A stretch of DNA of 60,535 nucleotides, counting the filler, from Sanchytrium tribonematis (Eukaryota): NCBI GenBank assembly GCA_018985235.1. It is 8 parts of 8 records of this genome, joined end to end, with 100 filler letters (N's around TTAATTAATTAA, not from the genome) between each part and the next. Parts side by side here need not be neighbours in the genome. Positions count along the whole stretch, not along the records: positions 14,992 to 40,726 come from JADGIG010000065.1; positions 40,827 to 45,684 come from JADGIG010000668.1; 6 more parts are not named here. One strand, 5' to 3'. Below, one piece after another: positions 30,852 through 41,386 of this stretch (positions are counted from its first letter, which is position 1; every line of letters starts with the position of its first letter). A program made the translations under genes and the position numbers. Below the pieces are notes generated by a model. The model had not been told where the DNA came from. It was given only the letters and a program-made list of their open reading frames with translations, and did no database searches.

Positions 30852-32276
30852 CTAGGTAAAAAGCAAATAAATGAAAATTCCAGAATTAAGAATGGCGTTA
30901 ACGACAGAAATCAGCATAATGTGCAAAAATGGGAAGCTCTCATTTTGTCTTAACAATACACTAAAGATGACTAGTAAGCCTTGGCAAAGAGGCATAATTT
31001 CAGACCAAAAACCACTAACTTTTTGATTTGAAATCATCTCGTAAAACTTTTTAAACTGTATGAGAATAATGGCAACAAGTAAATGTAAGTAAATATCCTC
31101 TTTTCTATGAAATAATGGCGCCTGAGCAGAGATACTAGTCATTTGAAGCAGAAAAGACGGAATTGTATATTCAAATTCCATCAAATTAATTACAGCTGGC
31201 AATAGAAGAGCCTTTTCATGCACGTGCCATCCAAACATAAAACTTGTTAAAGCTAAATTTTGAAGATATTGTACGAACGCCTTGTAGGTTCCTTTTTGAA
31301 AAAATTTAATTGTAAACATAGCAAAAAATATCAAAGTTACTGTAACAGTCATTTGAGCAGTGATGTCTGGCAAAATAGAAAATACGGTATCTCCAACGAG
31401 CCCTCTTGTCATGGATTCATTAGAAATGCCTTTGTATTTTGCCAAAATTCTATCAGCAAAAACGTATAATGCCCAAAAGTTTGGAGCCCATAGAGCATGA
31501 ACCAACCCTCGCTTGAATGGGAATAGACGAGCAACGATTTGATCAATTTGGTTTCTAAATGGATAAAATGCAAATAGTAAGATCAGTACAAATCCAACTA
31601 ATAATAATATTAATTCTTTGGGTCTTTTGAATATTCTCAAGTAATAGACTGCATATCCAAGAGCAATGTAAAGAAATATATGTTTCAGCAAAAGAAGTAT
31701 TAGAAACAAACAACCACCTTTAACTAGGCAATTTGTTTTGATGTAATAACAACTCAGTAATAATATTCCATAAAGAAACCCGTTATATTGAAAATGTATA
31801 TGATCCACTATGAAAATTCCAGGATGAAAAAAATATGCAAAATATAAAAATTTTGAATTCTGCATAGTACCTACATATTTGTGGACTGCGTAGCCAAGAA
31901 AAAGGAATTCTGACAGCAAAACTGTCGAGCGCATGAAAAATACTGTTTTAGAAGATTGATATTCCAGGTTTTCAATATTAAGCATTTGTAAATCCAAAAT
32001 GTGCAAATTGATCAAATTGAACAGATATTCTAAGGATATTGCTGCATATCCCAAAAGAGCTTGGAAATATGCAAATAATGGTGGGTAATCAAGTGTCCAA
32101 ATAGATTTGTCAAAAAAATACCATTCATTCATTGGCAAGGAAGTTGTAATACTTAACCAATTTCTATGAACTTCAAAATCAGTTGAATGATAGCCATAAA
32201 ATACCATCATTTTTAAAGCCAAGGCAAGAAGTGGAATTTCCATTGTTTTGAAAAATATTGATATCTTTATTACCAT
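30852..32276 (-). CDS. ALG8: Dolichyl-P-glucose alpha-1,3-glucosyltransferase ALG8
   Basis: YHSTDFEVHRNW, WTLDYPP, DHIHFQYNG, RLFPFKRGL.HA.WAPNFW, FGWHVHEKA. Confidence 0.93.
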   Translation of the reverse strand: MVIKISIFFKTMEIPLLALALKMMVFYGYHSTDFEVHRNWLSITTSLPMNEWYFFDKSIWTLDYPPLFAYFQALLGYAAISLEYLFNLINLHILDLQMLNIENLEYQSSKTVFFMRSTVLLSEFLFLGYAVHKYVGTMQNSKFLYFAYFFHPGIFIVDHIHFQYNGFLYGILLLSCYYIKTNCLVKGGCLFLILLLLKHIFLYIALGYAVYYLRIFKRPKELILLLVGFVLILLFAFYPFRNQIDQIVARLFPFKRGLVHALWAPNFWALYVFADRILAKYKGISNESMTRGLVGDTVFSILPDITAQMTVTVTLIFFAMFTIKFFQKGTYKAFVQYLQNLALTSFMFGWHVHEKALLLPAVINLMEFEYTIPSFLLQMTSISAQAPLFHRKEDIYLHLLVAIILIQFKKFYEMISNQKVSGFWSEIMPLCQGLLVIFSVLLRQNESFPFLHIMLISVVNAILNSGIFIYLLFT

Positions 32277-32300
32277 TTCAAATTCTGCTCGATGTATCTA

Positions 32301-32669
32301 TTAATTGTGCTTTCTTCCAAATTCTTTTAAATTGCCTTGGTCTATTGCGGCCGATTTGGGCCATGAATATGCTTTAGTCAATTTTTTTACAAGATCTTCG
32401 CTAATTCTGTACTTTTCCGATAAATCTTTTGTATTTAAATTTAGAGCGTCCTTAAACAAAGCCTGGCAATTCATATAACTAATGTTTTCCTCTGATTTAT
32501 TCGGGATTGGACGTGATTTCACCGTCGACTCCGATTTAGTATTAACTGCTTTTATATTCATCTTATTCATATTTCTGGCAATATCTGGTGATATGTCATT
32601 AAATTTGGGCTTTGAAGAAACCGTCGTGGGCTTAACAGACTTTGAAACTTTCGAAATTTGATGTCCCAT
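32301..32669 (-). CDS. Small protein, possibly NDUFAF4-like
   Basis: MGHQISK N-terminus (myristoylation-like) and C-terminal LSEKYRISEDLVKKL resemble the NDUFAF4 family. Weak evidence. Confidence 0.45.
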   Translation of the reverse strand: MGHQISKVSKSVKPTTVSSKPKFNDISPDIARNMNKMNIKAVNTKSESTVKSRPIPNKSEENISYMNCQALFKDALNLNTKDLSEKYRISEDLVKKLTKAYSWPKSAAIDQGNLKEFGRKHN

Positions 32670-34125
32670 TTGGGTTTTGGTTACAAAAAATTCCAAGAAT
32701 TTCTCCATGAAGCACAACCAAGCTATACATTCAGAATATTTATTTTAGTTGCGATTAGTTATTATTTGACATATGAGGGAATGGTGTATACGTATACGGG
32801 CCACATTTCTCAACGCATGGCGTTGAATAACAATTATTTTATCAACGTGAAAAAGGAACAACAATTGGCCAAGCAGATGATGACGCATGCATGGATATCG
32901 TACGAAAAATTCGCATTTCCATCAGATTTATTGGATCCAAATGAAAAGAAGCCAGTCAATATTTACAGCGAAGCAGAATCATTTTTACTCACGGCTATCG
33001 ATTCTTTGGATACTTTGCATCTGATGGGATATCGAGACAAAGTTGCTTTTGTAAAGACCGCTTTGGCAGATCTTAGATTTGACAGGAACGTCAAAATACC
33101 AGTCGCGTCATTAAGCAAGAGAATCATTGGTGGATTGTTGGCAATCTACGGACTGGAGGAGTCACCTATATTTATCATGAAGGTTTATGAAATTGTTGAG
33201 GCTTTACTTCCAGCCTTAAATCAAAATGCTTCCCCAATATCCTATATCAATCTTTTGACATTACAAGCCTGGTTTTATGAACCTAAATTATCAGACTATG
33301 CAACATTGCAGCTGGAGTTTGACTATTTGAGTCAAGTCTCACAAACCGCGGAGTTCGATGACATATACCTCATGCTTCTCCGCTTTCACAAGAAAATGAA
33401 CACAATCGACTCAATCGATTTCGACCATTTAGATGACGAGGCAAATTTACCAACAAAAGGAATTGTAAAATATTTGAATATGCTCATAACCTTGTACAAA
33501 AGCAAAAAAGATCTAGAATTGATATCTTTAATCTCAAAAACACTTCAAAATATTAGTCGCAAATACTTGAAAAGAAACGAACAAGGTGATTTATATTTTG
33601 ATTCTAAAGGAAATCAAATTATTGAGCAACAAGTATTATCTGCTTATTTAGTATTGCGATTTAGCGGGTGTTTTTATTCGATCTGTCCAATTCTTGAAAG
33701 ATTATTCTGATGAATTTCTAAATATTTCAAAAGAACTTACACAAACTTGTTACAAAATGTTCACTTCACAAAAAACCCAATTATCACCCAAAGCAGTTTA
33801 TTCAGATACCTTTGAGCCAGTTATTAAGCAAGAAATGTTCCATTTACATCCCAAAATATTAGAATCTTTGTATCACTTACATCATTACACGCAAGATCGT
33901 GAATATAAAATAATGGCATTTGAAATACTCAAAAATATAGAAAAGCATTGTAAAGTAGAATCAGGTTATATGGGACTCAATAATGTAAACCAAATAGAAA
34001 ATGGCCATTTTGGATTATTAGATTCTAAATTTATGTCAGAAACTTTAAAATTTGCTTACTTGATTTTCACCAATGATTATTATGATTTGAATCTGGGAGG
34101 ACATGTTATCATTAGAAATAGGTAA
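32661..34125 (+). CDS. GH47 alpha-1,2-mannosidase-like protein, exons 32661-33632 and 33652-34125
   Basis: HAW..Y, LTAIDSLDTLHLMG, RIIGGLL, TLQLEFDYLS, LHPKILESLY, FMSETLKFAYL. The two ORFs are joined by a 19-nt intron. Start codon uncertain; several catalytic motifs look divergent. Confidence 0.85.
33633..33651 (+). other. 19-nt spliceosomal intron
   Basis: GTATTATCTGCTTATTTAG. Removal gives IEQQ-YCDLAGVF, matching the GH47 HL.CF.GG segment, in frame with ORF 33694-34125. Confidence 0.85.
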
Positions 34126-34512
34126 ACTCTAGAATGTTAAAAAGTAAATTTAAGATTTCAGTAGTGAAACATTCTTTTTTGCATTATGTCGCCGAAACGA
34201 ATGTCGCTAATTTCTAATCAAATATTTTCCTTTGAACATGTATCGACCATTTCTTAGTGGAATGGTCAATAGCCATAAACTTTAAATTAAAACAAAGTCT
34301 CTTAAAGTGTAATATTCAAATAACAAGGGAAAACCAATTTTATTGCACAGCGAATTAAAAGAGTTTAACAGCAACTATTCATTTCATTACATACTTCAAT
34401 TGGGGTAGATAAAAGAATTATATTAATACCCAATCACAGGATTTTGGATTTATTGTGCAAGCTTGTCAGCAAGCAAAATGGATCTTTAAAACCTTGCAAC
34501 TGTTGCAAGCTC

Positions 34513-35523
34513 ATGTCTACAACTGCTGAGCTTCTCCATAAGCAGCAAGATCAAGCACTGCAAGACCAAGCACTTGCACACTCTCAACAAGTTGACGCTG
34601 ATAACAAAGCAAAAGAAGCAGTTCAACATGCCGCTGATCAAGCAAGAAATGATGAATTGGAGAAGAAAAATCAAGAGCTCATTAAACAAAATGCCGAAAA
34701 AGCACAACAAAATGATCCTAACAATACTCCGTCTACAACTACTTCCACAGTAACAAGCCCACCGTCTATTACTCCTTTGACACCCAGCACAAGTTCTACT
34801 GCAATTCCGCCAGTTGCAGCTTCTACCCCAATTGTACAAAGTGCGCCTCCTGTGGAAAACTCTGTCACAGCAGCTGCTAATCCGATTGTTGGCAATGAGC
34901 CTATTACGAATCCGCCTACTAATACAAATACAACCATCCCAATGAATGATACTTCCAATTTACCAAATAATAATAATCCAAGTGGAAATACATTTATTGA
35001 CACTTCTGTACCTGATGTAAATAACGAGTCATCTCTACCGGCAGGCGCTATTGCTGGTCTAGTTATCGGAGCAGTGTTTTTTCTCTTGCTGGTTGGTTTC
35101 TTCGTTTTTAAGAAAACAAGAAGTATGAAGAAGCGCAGTGCCTTTTCAGACTCAAAGATTGATTCCTACCGCTCTTCGAAAGCCTTTGATGAATGTATTG
35201 CCAGCTACTATTTGTTTGATCAGAGCGATCCAAAATCAAACAAATCTTCCTTTCAACAATCATATTACATTGAAGAAGGTCAGACTCTTTCTGAATATTC
35301 ACCAAATTCATACATCCAATCGAACTCAAGCAGTGCCGTTAATTTCAACGAAGAGCCTTATTCTATATATAGTGATTTGGATCTAGAGAACTGCCCATCG
35401 CAAGGTTCAATACTTATTGGTTTTCAAAGCACTCTAGATAGAGATGATATAACTGTTGTAGACTCTGAATGTCCCACTGTGATTATGACCGCTGTAGATC
35501 CAGACACACTACCCAGGAAATAA
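34513..35523 (+). CDS. Single-pass membrane protein with Thr/Pro/Asn-rich region (Mid2/Skg6-like topology)
   Basis: TM GAIAGLVIGAVFFLLLVGFFVF followed by KKTR. First ATG 34513. Confidence 0.75.
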   Translation: MSTTAELLHKQQDQALQDQALAHSQQVDADNKAKEAVQHAADQARNDELEKKNQELIKQNAEKAQQNDPNNTPSTTTSTVTSPPSITPLTPSTSSTAIPPVAASTPIVQSAPPVENSVTAAANPIVGNEPITNPPTNTNTTIPMNDTSNLPNNNNPSGNTFIDTSVPDVNNESSLPAGAIAGLVIGAVFFLLLVGFFVFKKTRSMKKRSAFSDSKIDSYRSSKAFDECIASYYLFDQSDPKSNKSSFQQSYYIEEGQTLSEYSPNSYIQSNSSSAVNFNEEPYSIYSDLDLENCPSQGSILIGFQSTLDRDDITVVDSECPTVIMTAVDPDTLPRK

Positions 35524-35561
35524 AAACAACATTGTATTTAACAAAGAATATTAAAAATTTA

Positions 35562-37205
35562 CTACTTCCTTTTTTTGACCAAAGTCGCGACTTCTGCAGG
35601 ACTGGCGACCGACTTAAAAAATGGATGTGTGAGAAGTTCTTCACTGGAAGATCTTTTTGATACATCGACTTCTAGCGAGCAAGTTAAATAATTTTTACAG
35701 TTTGCGGAAAGCCGCTCGGGGTGTTTAAGTGTAGGTGTACCATTAGTTGCAATTAAATAAAGTGCTTTTAATGGCTCCTCATCCAGATATGGAGGTTCGC
35801 CCTCAACCATTTCGATGGCCATAATTCCAAGTGACCAAACATCAACTTTGTAGGAATATTCCTTCTGCTTAACGACTTCTGGGGCCATCCAATAGGGAGT
35901 TCCAACCATTGTCGCCCTTTTAGTTCGATCTTCTGTAATTTTAGCGCAGAATCCAAAATCTGTCAATTTTACTTTTCCTCTTTCGTCCATCAATACGTTA
36001 TCTGATTTGATATCTCTATGAATAATGCTCATTTTGTGTAAGTGATATAATCCCTTTAAACTCTCGAAAACGATATATGCAATTTGGGATTCAGAAAGAT
36101 TTTTGTTGTGTTCAATGATATCGGTCAACGGCCCACCGCCCATAAGTTCCATCATCACCCATAATTCTCCAGTCACCAAGTAAGAGTCGACATAATTGAC
36201 AATATTTGGATGTGAACTGTCCCTCATAATATTGATTTCATTTATAATCAATTCTTTTCTCGGCTGTTTCGCAAGATTCATTTGTTTAATTGCAACCATC
36301 TGGCCAGTTCTTGTATCTTTCGCAGTATAAACACTACCAGAAGCACCCTGGCCGATCTTTTTTTGTTTGTTGAACCTGAGAAGCGGGTCACCTGGAGTTG
36401 TAAGAGTTTTCAGTATTTCCATGACTTCAGAATCAGTCATTCTGGACTTACGAGCGCTTTTCTTCTTCGGTGGACTCTTTTCTTGTTTGGCTCTAGCGGG
36501 AGATTCTTTTCGAGGAGGACGCGGCCTTTTCGAGTCTTTTCTAGGCCTATTAGAAGCAGAAGATGAAGAAGGTGCTGCGGATACTGGAGTTTTTTCTTGA
36601 GGGGTATCCTCACTAAGACTTGAAAGATCTAAGGAAATCTTCTTAGGTGGTGGTGGCCTTTTAGGAGGCGCTCTTTTTCTAGGCACCGGCGGCCTATCCA
36701 TAGATGCTTTTTCATTATTTTTGTCAATTCCAGAGTAAAATTCCAGAACATCAAGCACTGCCTGTGGATTTTTAGCAATATCTTCTTGATTAATAGCAGA
36801 GTGGGATAATAAACTTTGCCACTCTGGTGGTAATCCAGTGAATTGTCCTGTATGCAAATCAAATCCAACGTGTGCATTATGTTTGAAATCAGTTGGTCCA
36901 CTGAGGGCTAATTTTGAACTTCTTTTGTATATTTCATCAATCCACGAGTACAAATCGGAATCACTTTTACAAGCCACGAGCCAAGCCTTCTCGGTTGTAT
37001 CCAGGAGAAGACAATACTCTTTATGATCACACCGTTCGACTTTAGTTACTTCACTCATGTGTATAATTGTCTCAGCATTATTACTGAATTCACTTTTGTG
37101 AAAGGTCAACATGTGTTCTCGCAAAACCATAAATCTTTTTTGCCAAAGAAAAGACAAAACAGAATCTTCTTTAATTGATACGTATGATTTTTTTATGCAG
37201 GACAT
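35562..37205 (-). CDS. CLA4: p21-activated kinase, Cla4-type (PH-CRIB-kinase)
   Basis: PH domain, CRIB LSGPTDFKHNAHVG, kinase GQGASG, HRDIKSDN, DFG, GTPYWMAPE. Alternative ATG 37235. Confidence 0.93.
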   Translation of the reverse strand: MSCIKKSYVSIKEDSVLSFLWQKRFMVLREHMLTFHKSEFSNNAETIIHMSEVTKVERCDHKEYCLLLDTTEKAWLVACKSDSDLYSWIDEIYKRSSKLALSGPTDFKHNAHVGFDLHTGQFTGLPPEWQSLLSHSAINQEDIAKNPQAVLDVLEFYSGIDKNNEKASMDRPPVPRKRAPPKRPPPPKKISLDLSSLSEDTPQEKTPVSAAPSSSSASNRPRKDSKRPRPPRKESPARAKQEKSPPKKKSARKSRMTDSEVMEILKTLTTPGDPLLRFNKQKKIGQGASGSVYTAKDTRTGQMVAIKQMNLAKQPRKELIINEINIMRDSSHPNIVNYVDSYLVTGELWVMMELMGGGPLTDIIEHNKNLSESQIAYIVFESLKGLYHLHKMSIIHRDIKSDNVLMDERGKVKLTDFGFCAKITEDRTKRATMVGTPYWMAPEVVKQKEYSYKVDVWSLGIMAIEMVEGEPPYLDEEPLKALYLIATNGTPTLKHPERLSANCKNYLTCSLEVDVSKRSSSEELLTHPFFKSVASPAEVATLVKKRK

Positions 37206-37581
37206 GTAGATTCCGTTGGGTTGGTCCTCTAGCATTATTAAAATGTGTTTCAAATATTCATTTGATTGGTGCCTTTGTAATTTCTTCAATCATCGGACGT
37301 TGTGGAACAACTTGATTGGAGATTTTGAAATTACAAACGTTGGCAGTAAACACGAATTAGAACTTGTGGCAGGGAAATTTAAGTCGTTTTTCAAATAATC
37401 TGGCACACTTTTTAGCATTTAAATTATACCATTTTGTCAATAAATAGAATATGCCTAAAACAAAAAATCTAGAGCCCATTGTTATCTTTTGGGATAGTTA
37501 ATATGACTTGAATGGTGCTGAATATTCCAGATTGCGTCCAAAGTCGGCATCCCTGAAACTTCTCATTTTCCCAATTTTCTG

Positions 37582-38805
37582 ATGGAATTGGAACAATTAA
37601 CGATGGAGTTTGAACATGTCGAATTAACCAATGCGGATATCATTGACAAATTTTTGTCTCTTTCTTGTCCGAAAATTGATCAAGTTATTGAAGACATCAT
37701 TTTGCAAGATTATAAATTATTTTTATCGAGAATCAAATTACAACCCAATAATTTTATCAAATTTGTAACAAACAACAAAGAATTTATAACTTTACACTTT
37801 GATGATATCATCGACCACGTTTTATCCGATGTAAACGAGTACAATGCAGTGTGGAATTTTTTGGTAAAGCATTTTCCAAGAAAATCTATTAATAATACAT
37901 ACAAATATATTAATGATCAAAACATATTACAAATAATGGATCCTATTTTTAAACTAGCAATGGAGGATGGCTGCACTGAGGAGTCGAACTCGTATGAAAG
38001 TAAAGAAATTGTACTTCTTAGTTCAATTAAGGAATCCCTTTCACAAAGTAATATTCTTTTCAGCATTCTAAATGATTTAGAAAGAGATTCAAAATACATT
38101 ATATTGTTTAAGCACATGGCATCATTTTATGCAGATTTGCTACTTTTGATGATGACACCACAATTAACAGATGATATTTACAGCTTGTTCTTAAACAATA
38201 TGGATATTGCGATTGAATTCAGTGATTTATTATGTCAGAAAATTGCATATCCTGTTTTGGACATGAGTGCCGGAAAAGAGTTTGTGGAATCCACTGTGGT
38301 TGATATTTCAAATGATTATTTAAATCTCTTGAATGATTCAATAATAGATATTTTATGTGGATTTTTGAGAAGCGACCAACCCAACACCTCTAATATCCCA
38401 TATAATAGCTATATTGTGCATCAACCACTGAATTTCCAATATGTCATCTCACTAAGAATTTTGAATTTATATCTCCACACTAATCCCAATTATATCTATA
38501 GTATCACCAATGATTTATGGACCATTTGGATAGAATTTTTTACCAAGTATCCTCACAATACCCAATTTCATTTTCTCTTTTTTGATATCATCAAGATGGC
38601 CTCTTCAGACACGAATTTGCTTGATTTGATATTCATTAAATTAGAATTTATAAAATACCTGATCATTATTAAAAATAAAAATAATCAACATAGTGATTCT
38701 TATTATTACATGACAATGATTTGCAAATTATTAAATGATCATTTACAAAATATACCAGAAATTTGTGACTTTTATGGATGGGAACAACTTTTGATGTGTT
38801 CTTAA
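37582..38805 (+). CDS. Helical protein, possibly SAPS (Sit4-associated)-like
   Basis: FFTKYPHNTQFH resembles the SAPS FF.Y.WNN.LH motif. Confidence 0.6.
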   Translation: MELEQLTMEFEHVELTNADIIDKFLSLSCPKIDQVIEDIILQDYKLFLSRIKLQPNNFIKFVTNNKEFITLHFDDIIDHVLSDVNEYNAVWNFLVKHFPRKSINNTYKYINDQNILQIMDPIFKLAMEDGCTEESNSYESKEIVLLSSIKESLSQSNILFSILNDLERDSKYIILFKHMASFYADLLLLMMTPQLTDDIYSLFLNNMDIAIEFSDLLCQKIAYPVLDMSAGKEFVESTVVDISNDYLNLLNDSIIDILCGFLRSDQPNTSNIPYNSYIVHQPLNFQYVISLRILNLYLHTNPNYIYSITNDLWTIWIEFFTKYPHNTQFHFLFFDIIKMASSDTNLLDLIFIKLEFIKYLIIIKNKNNQHSDSYYYMTMICKLLNDHLQNIPEICDFYGWEQLLMCS

Positions 38806-38815
38806 TTCTTTATTT

Positions 38816-39109
38816 TTAATTTTTATATAATTCTATGATTTGATCTTCTGTGTCTAAACAATTTTTTTTAAAAGTTTTGTATTTACGGAGAATCTGATAA
38901 AATAAGAATGCCAATAAAGCGACAGATGTAATGCTAACTATAACACAAATTGCTATACCAACCTCACTGGGGCGTTCGCTTTTGGAATTAATAAATGGTG
39001 CAAATATCGTAGCTGTTTCATTTCTCATGTGTGAAGTGCCATTTAAGGAACTGGTGGTATTGTAAGCTGAAAAAGCTTTGAGCAATTGAGTGTTATTTTG
39101 AAAGGTCAT
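38816..39109 (-). CDS. Small single-pass membrane protein
   Basis: TM IAICVIVSITSVALLAFLF followed by basic residues. N-glycosylation sequons upstream. Confidence 0.6.
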   Translation of the reverse strand: MTFQNNTQLLKAFSAYNTTSSLNGTSHMRNETATIFAPFINSKSERPSEVGIAICVIVSITSVALLAFLFYQILRKYKTFKKNCLDTEDQIIELYKN

Positions 39110-39312
39110 TTTCCAATTGGTTTGAAGTAATAGCTATATATTAATTTTGACTTGCAGAACTCATGGGAAACCACTTACATGTAGACTTGTATGGTAAGGC
39201 AAATCCCAAGTCGATGAATTTTTCTGATTGGTCCTGGGCAATATTTTTCAAAACAAGCAAATGTTGCCTCCGCAACCTTCTGGATTCCTTTGATCATATT
39301 AATTTGAAACAA

Positions 39313-40470
39313 ATGACATCCGTGAGTATCATAGGGGGTGGAATTAGCGGGTGTTGCTTGGCTCTGTTTCTGAAGAAAGTCGGTATTAAATGTGAAGTTT
39401 ATGAAGCGAATGAAAAGCTGATGACTTTTGGAGGAAGTATGAATATAGCCTGCAATGGATTTTACATCTTGAAGCAACTGGGTTTGGAGAAGAAGTTAAA
39501 GGATAATGGTGCCTTAATTTCAGGTTTTGCTTTCATGAATCACAAAGGAGAACATTTAGCCACTATGAATATGGGAAAAGAAGATGGAGTCACACTTATG
39601 AGGGGTGATTTACTGGAAATCTTGCACGATGAAGTAGTTAATCAAAATATACCGTACCACTTTCGAAAAAAGTTGCTAAATTTGGAAACAAATGAAGACA
39701 AGGCGGTGTGTCATTTTGAAGACGGGACTCAGTTGGAATCTAGTATTGTGGTAGGTGCAGATGGTATAAGATCTAAGGTTCGGGAATTTGTTGTCAATAA
39801 TGTAAAACCTGAATACGTTGGTGTAATTGGTGTTGGTGGTGAGTTTTCAAGATTAGACTTTCCAGAATTGAATTTAGGCAAAAATATGCAGCAAACCAAA
39901 GGATATTTAGGCGGATTTGGTATTACGCCTTCTAAAGATGATCAAATGATTTGGTGGTCTAACGTTCCACAAGAAAAGGAATTGAGTCGAGAGGAGTTAA
40001 AAGAACTAAAGCCAAAAATGAAGGGAAGACTACTAGAGCTTTTCAAAGGATGGCACTCGCCTATTGAGAAACTAGTGGAACAGTCTAACATGTTGGATTT
40101 ATTGGATGCAATTTATGACCTTCCAGACTTGGAAACTTGGTCAAAAGGTAGAATAGTATTAATCGGAGATGCCTGTCATGCAATGTCTCCCAATGCTGGT
40201 CAAGGTGCTTCACAAGCTATAGAAGATTCTATCACATTAGCCAAATATTTGAAAAAATATGAATTCAAAGAGGCTTTTAAAGTGTACGAAAATGAAAGAA
40301 AACCAAGAGCTGAAAAGATTAAATTATCGGGCCGCCAAAACTCAGATAAATTGCAATCTATCTCGCCTTTTTCGGCTTGGTTGCGGGATTTGATGATATC
40401 TTGGTTGTTTCCATTGTTGGGCGACCGAATGATGAGTTGGATTTACGACCATAGAATTGATCTTGAATAA
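39313..40470 (+). CDS. Group A FAD-dependent monooxygenase
   Basis: GGGISG, VGADGIRSKVR, LIGDACHAMSPNAGQGASQAIED. Likely start MTSVSII at 39313. Confidence 0.92.
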   Translation: MTSVSIIGGGISGCCLALFLKKVGIKCEVYEANEKLMTFGGSMNIACNGFYILKQLGLEKKLKDNGALISGFAFMNHKGEHLATMNMGKEDGVTLMRGDLLEILHDEVVNQNIPYHFRKKLLNLETNEDKAVCHFEDGTQLESSIVVGADGIRSKVREFVVNNVKPEYVGVIGVGGEFSRLDFPELNLGKNMQQTKGYLGGFGITPSKDDQMIWWSNVPQEKELSREELKELKPKMKGRLLELFKGWHSPIEKLVEQSNMLDLLDAIYDLPDLETWSKGRIVLIGDACHAMSPNAGQGASQAIEDSITLAKYLKKYEFKEAFKVYENERKPRAEKIKLSGRQNSDKLQSISPFSAWLRDLMISWLFPLLGDRMMSWIYDHRIDLE

Positions 40471-40726
40471 ATTCACAAATTTTAATTTTAAGTCAAAGTG
40501 ATGTCTTTTTGGTTTCTCACTCATAGCTCCACATCACACTTTGACTTTGGTTCCTTACTCAACTCGATTATTCGAGAACCCCAATCAGAAAAGGCTGGAA
40601 AATTCCATTAGGTATAAATGTGCGCTATTCATTTGTAATACAATGAGCTGCTGCAGAGTCAATTACTACGAGCCAAGAAACTACTATACTCTCAACCACA
40701 AAAGATATACTCCAAACACCGAAATT

Positions 40727-40826
40727 NNNNNNNNNNNNNNNNNNNNNNNNNNNNNNNNNNNNNNNNNNNNTTAATTAATTAANNNNNNNNNNNNNNNNNN
40801 NNNNNNNNNNNNNNNNNNNNNNNNNN
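40727..40826. other. Artificial contig linker
   Basis: N44-TTAATTAATTAA-N44. Confidence 0.98.
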
Positions 40827-40996
40827 GTTAATTTTCGAAGTATTAATTAATTTGGGGAATGTCGTTATTTATTTACCAAAATTAAATCTGTGATTGGTGC
40901 AAATTTTTAAATTAAACTTGGTAATCTTGCCCATTTTTGTGATTGGGTACAAACCAATTTATTTTAATTTAAAAGTAACTCACCCTTTCGATTCAC

Positions 40997-41386
40997 ATGA
41001 CTGATCTTTCCAAATCTCAAAAGCGTAACATAAGAAAAATCCGCTCAAAATTGAACTCTGCGCATATCCGACGCATTATTGAGCATTTGACCAACTTTGA
41101 GCGTGATTGCAATCGATCTTTTGTAGATGAAATAGAGGATGTGAAACGAATTGTGAAGGATGTTGTTATTGCAGGCAAAACTGTAGCAAAAAAGGAGATG
41201 GAACGTGAATTTATTGTTTCCCGATGTGAGGATATTCGCATTGCGTGCTATCGCAATGGAAACATTCACGCGTTTCAGATGGAGGTTGATACTCGTTATG
41301 AGGATTACGAAAACGAGCAAGATTGGCAACCCCTAGTTGACATCTGTGACACTGTTGCGTTCCGCGATTTGATGATCCGCGTTTAA
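40997..41386 (+). CDS. Hypothetical protein
   Basis: 129-aa ATG ORF preceded by two TGATTGG boxes (40891, 40940) and followed by AATAAA. Confidence 0.55.
   Translation: MTDLSKSQKRNIRKIRSKLNSAHIRRIIEHLTNFERDCNRSFVDEIEDVKRIVKDVVIAGKTVAKKEMEREFIVSRCEDIRIACYRNGNIHAFQMEVDTRYEDYENEQDWQPLVDICDTVAFRDLMIRV

Noticed and set aside
28687..32669. Prokaryotic operon or bacterial contaminant
   Set aside because: The genes are eukaryote-specific (ALG8, Rab-like GTPase, NIF phosphatase), and the contig carries a spliceosomal intron.
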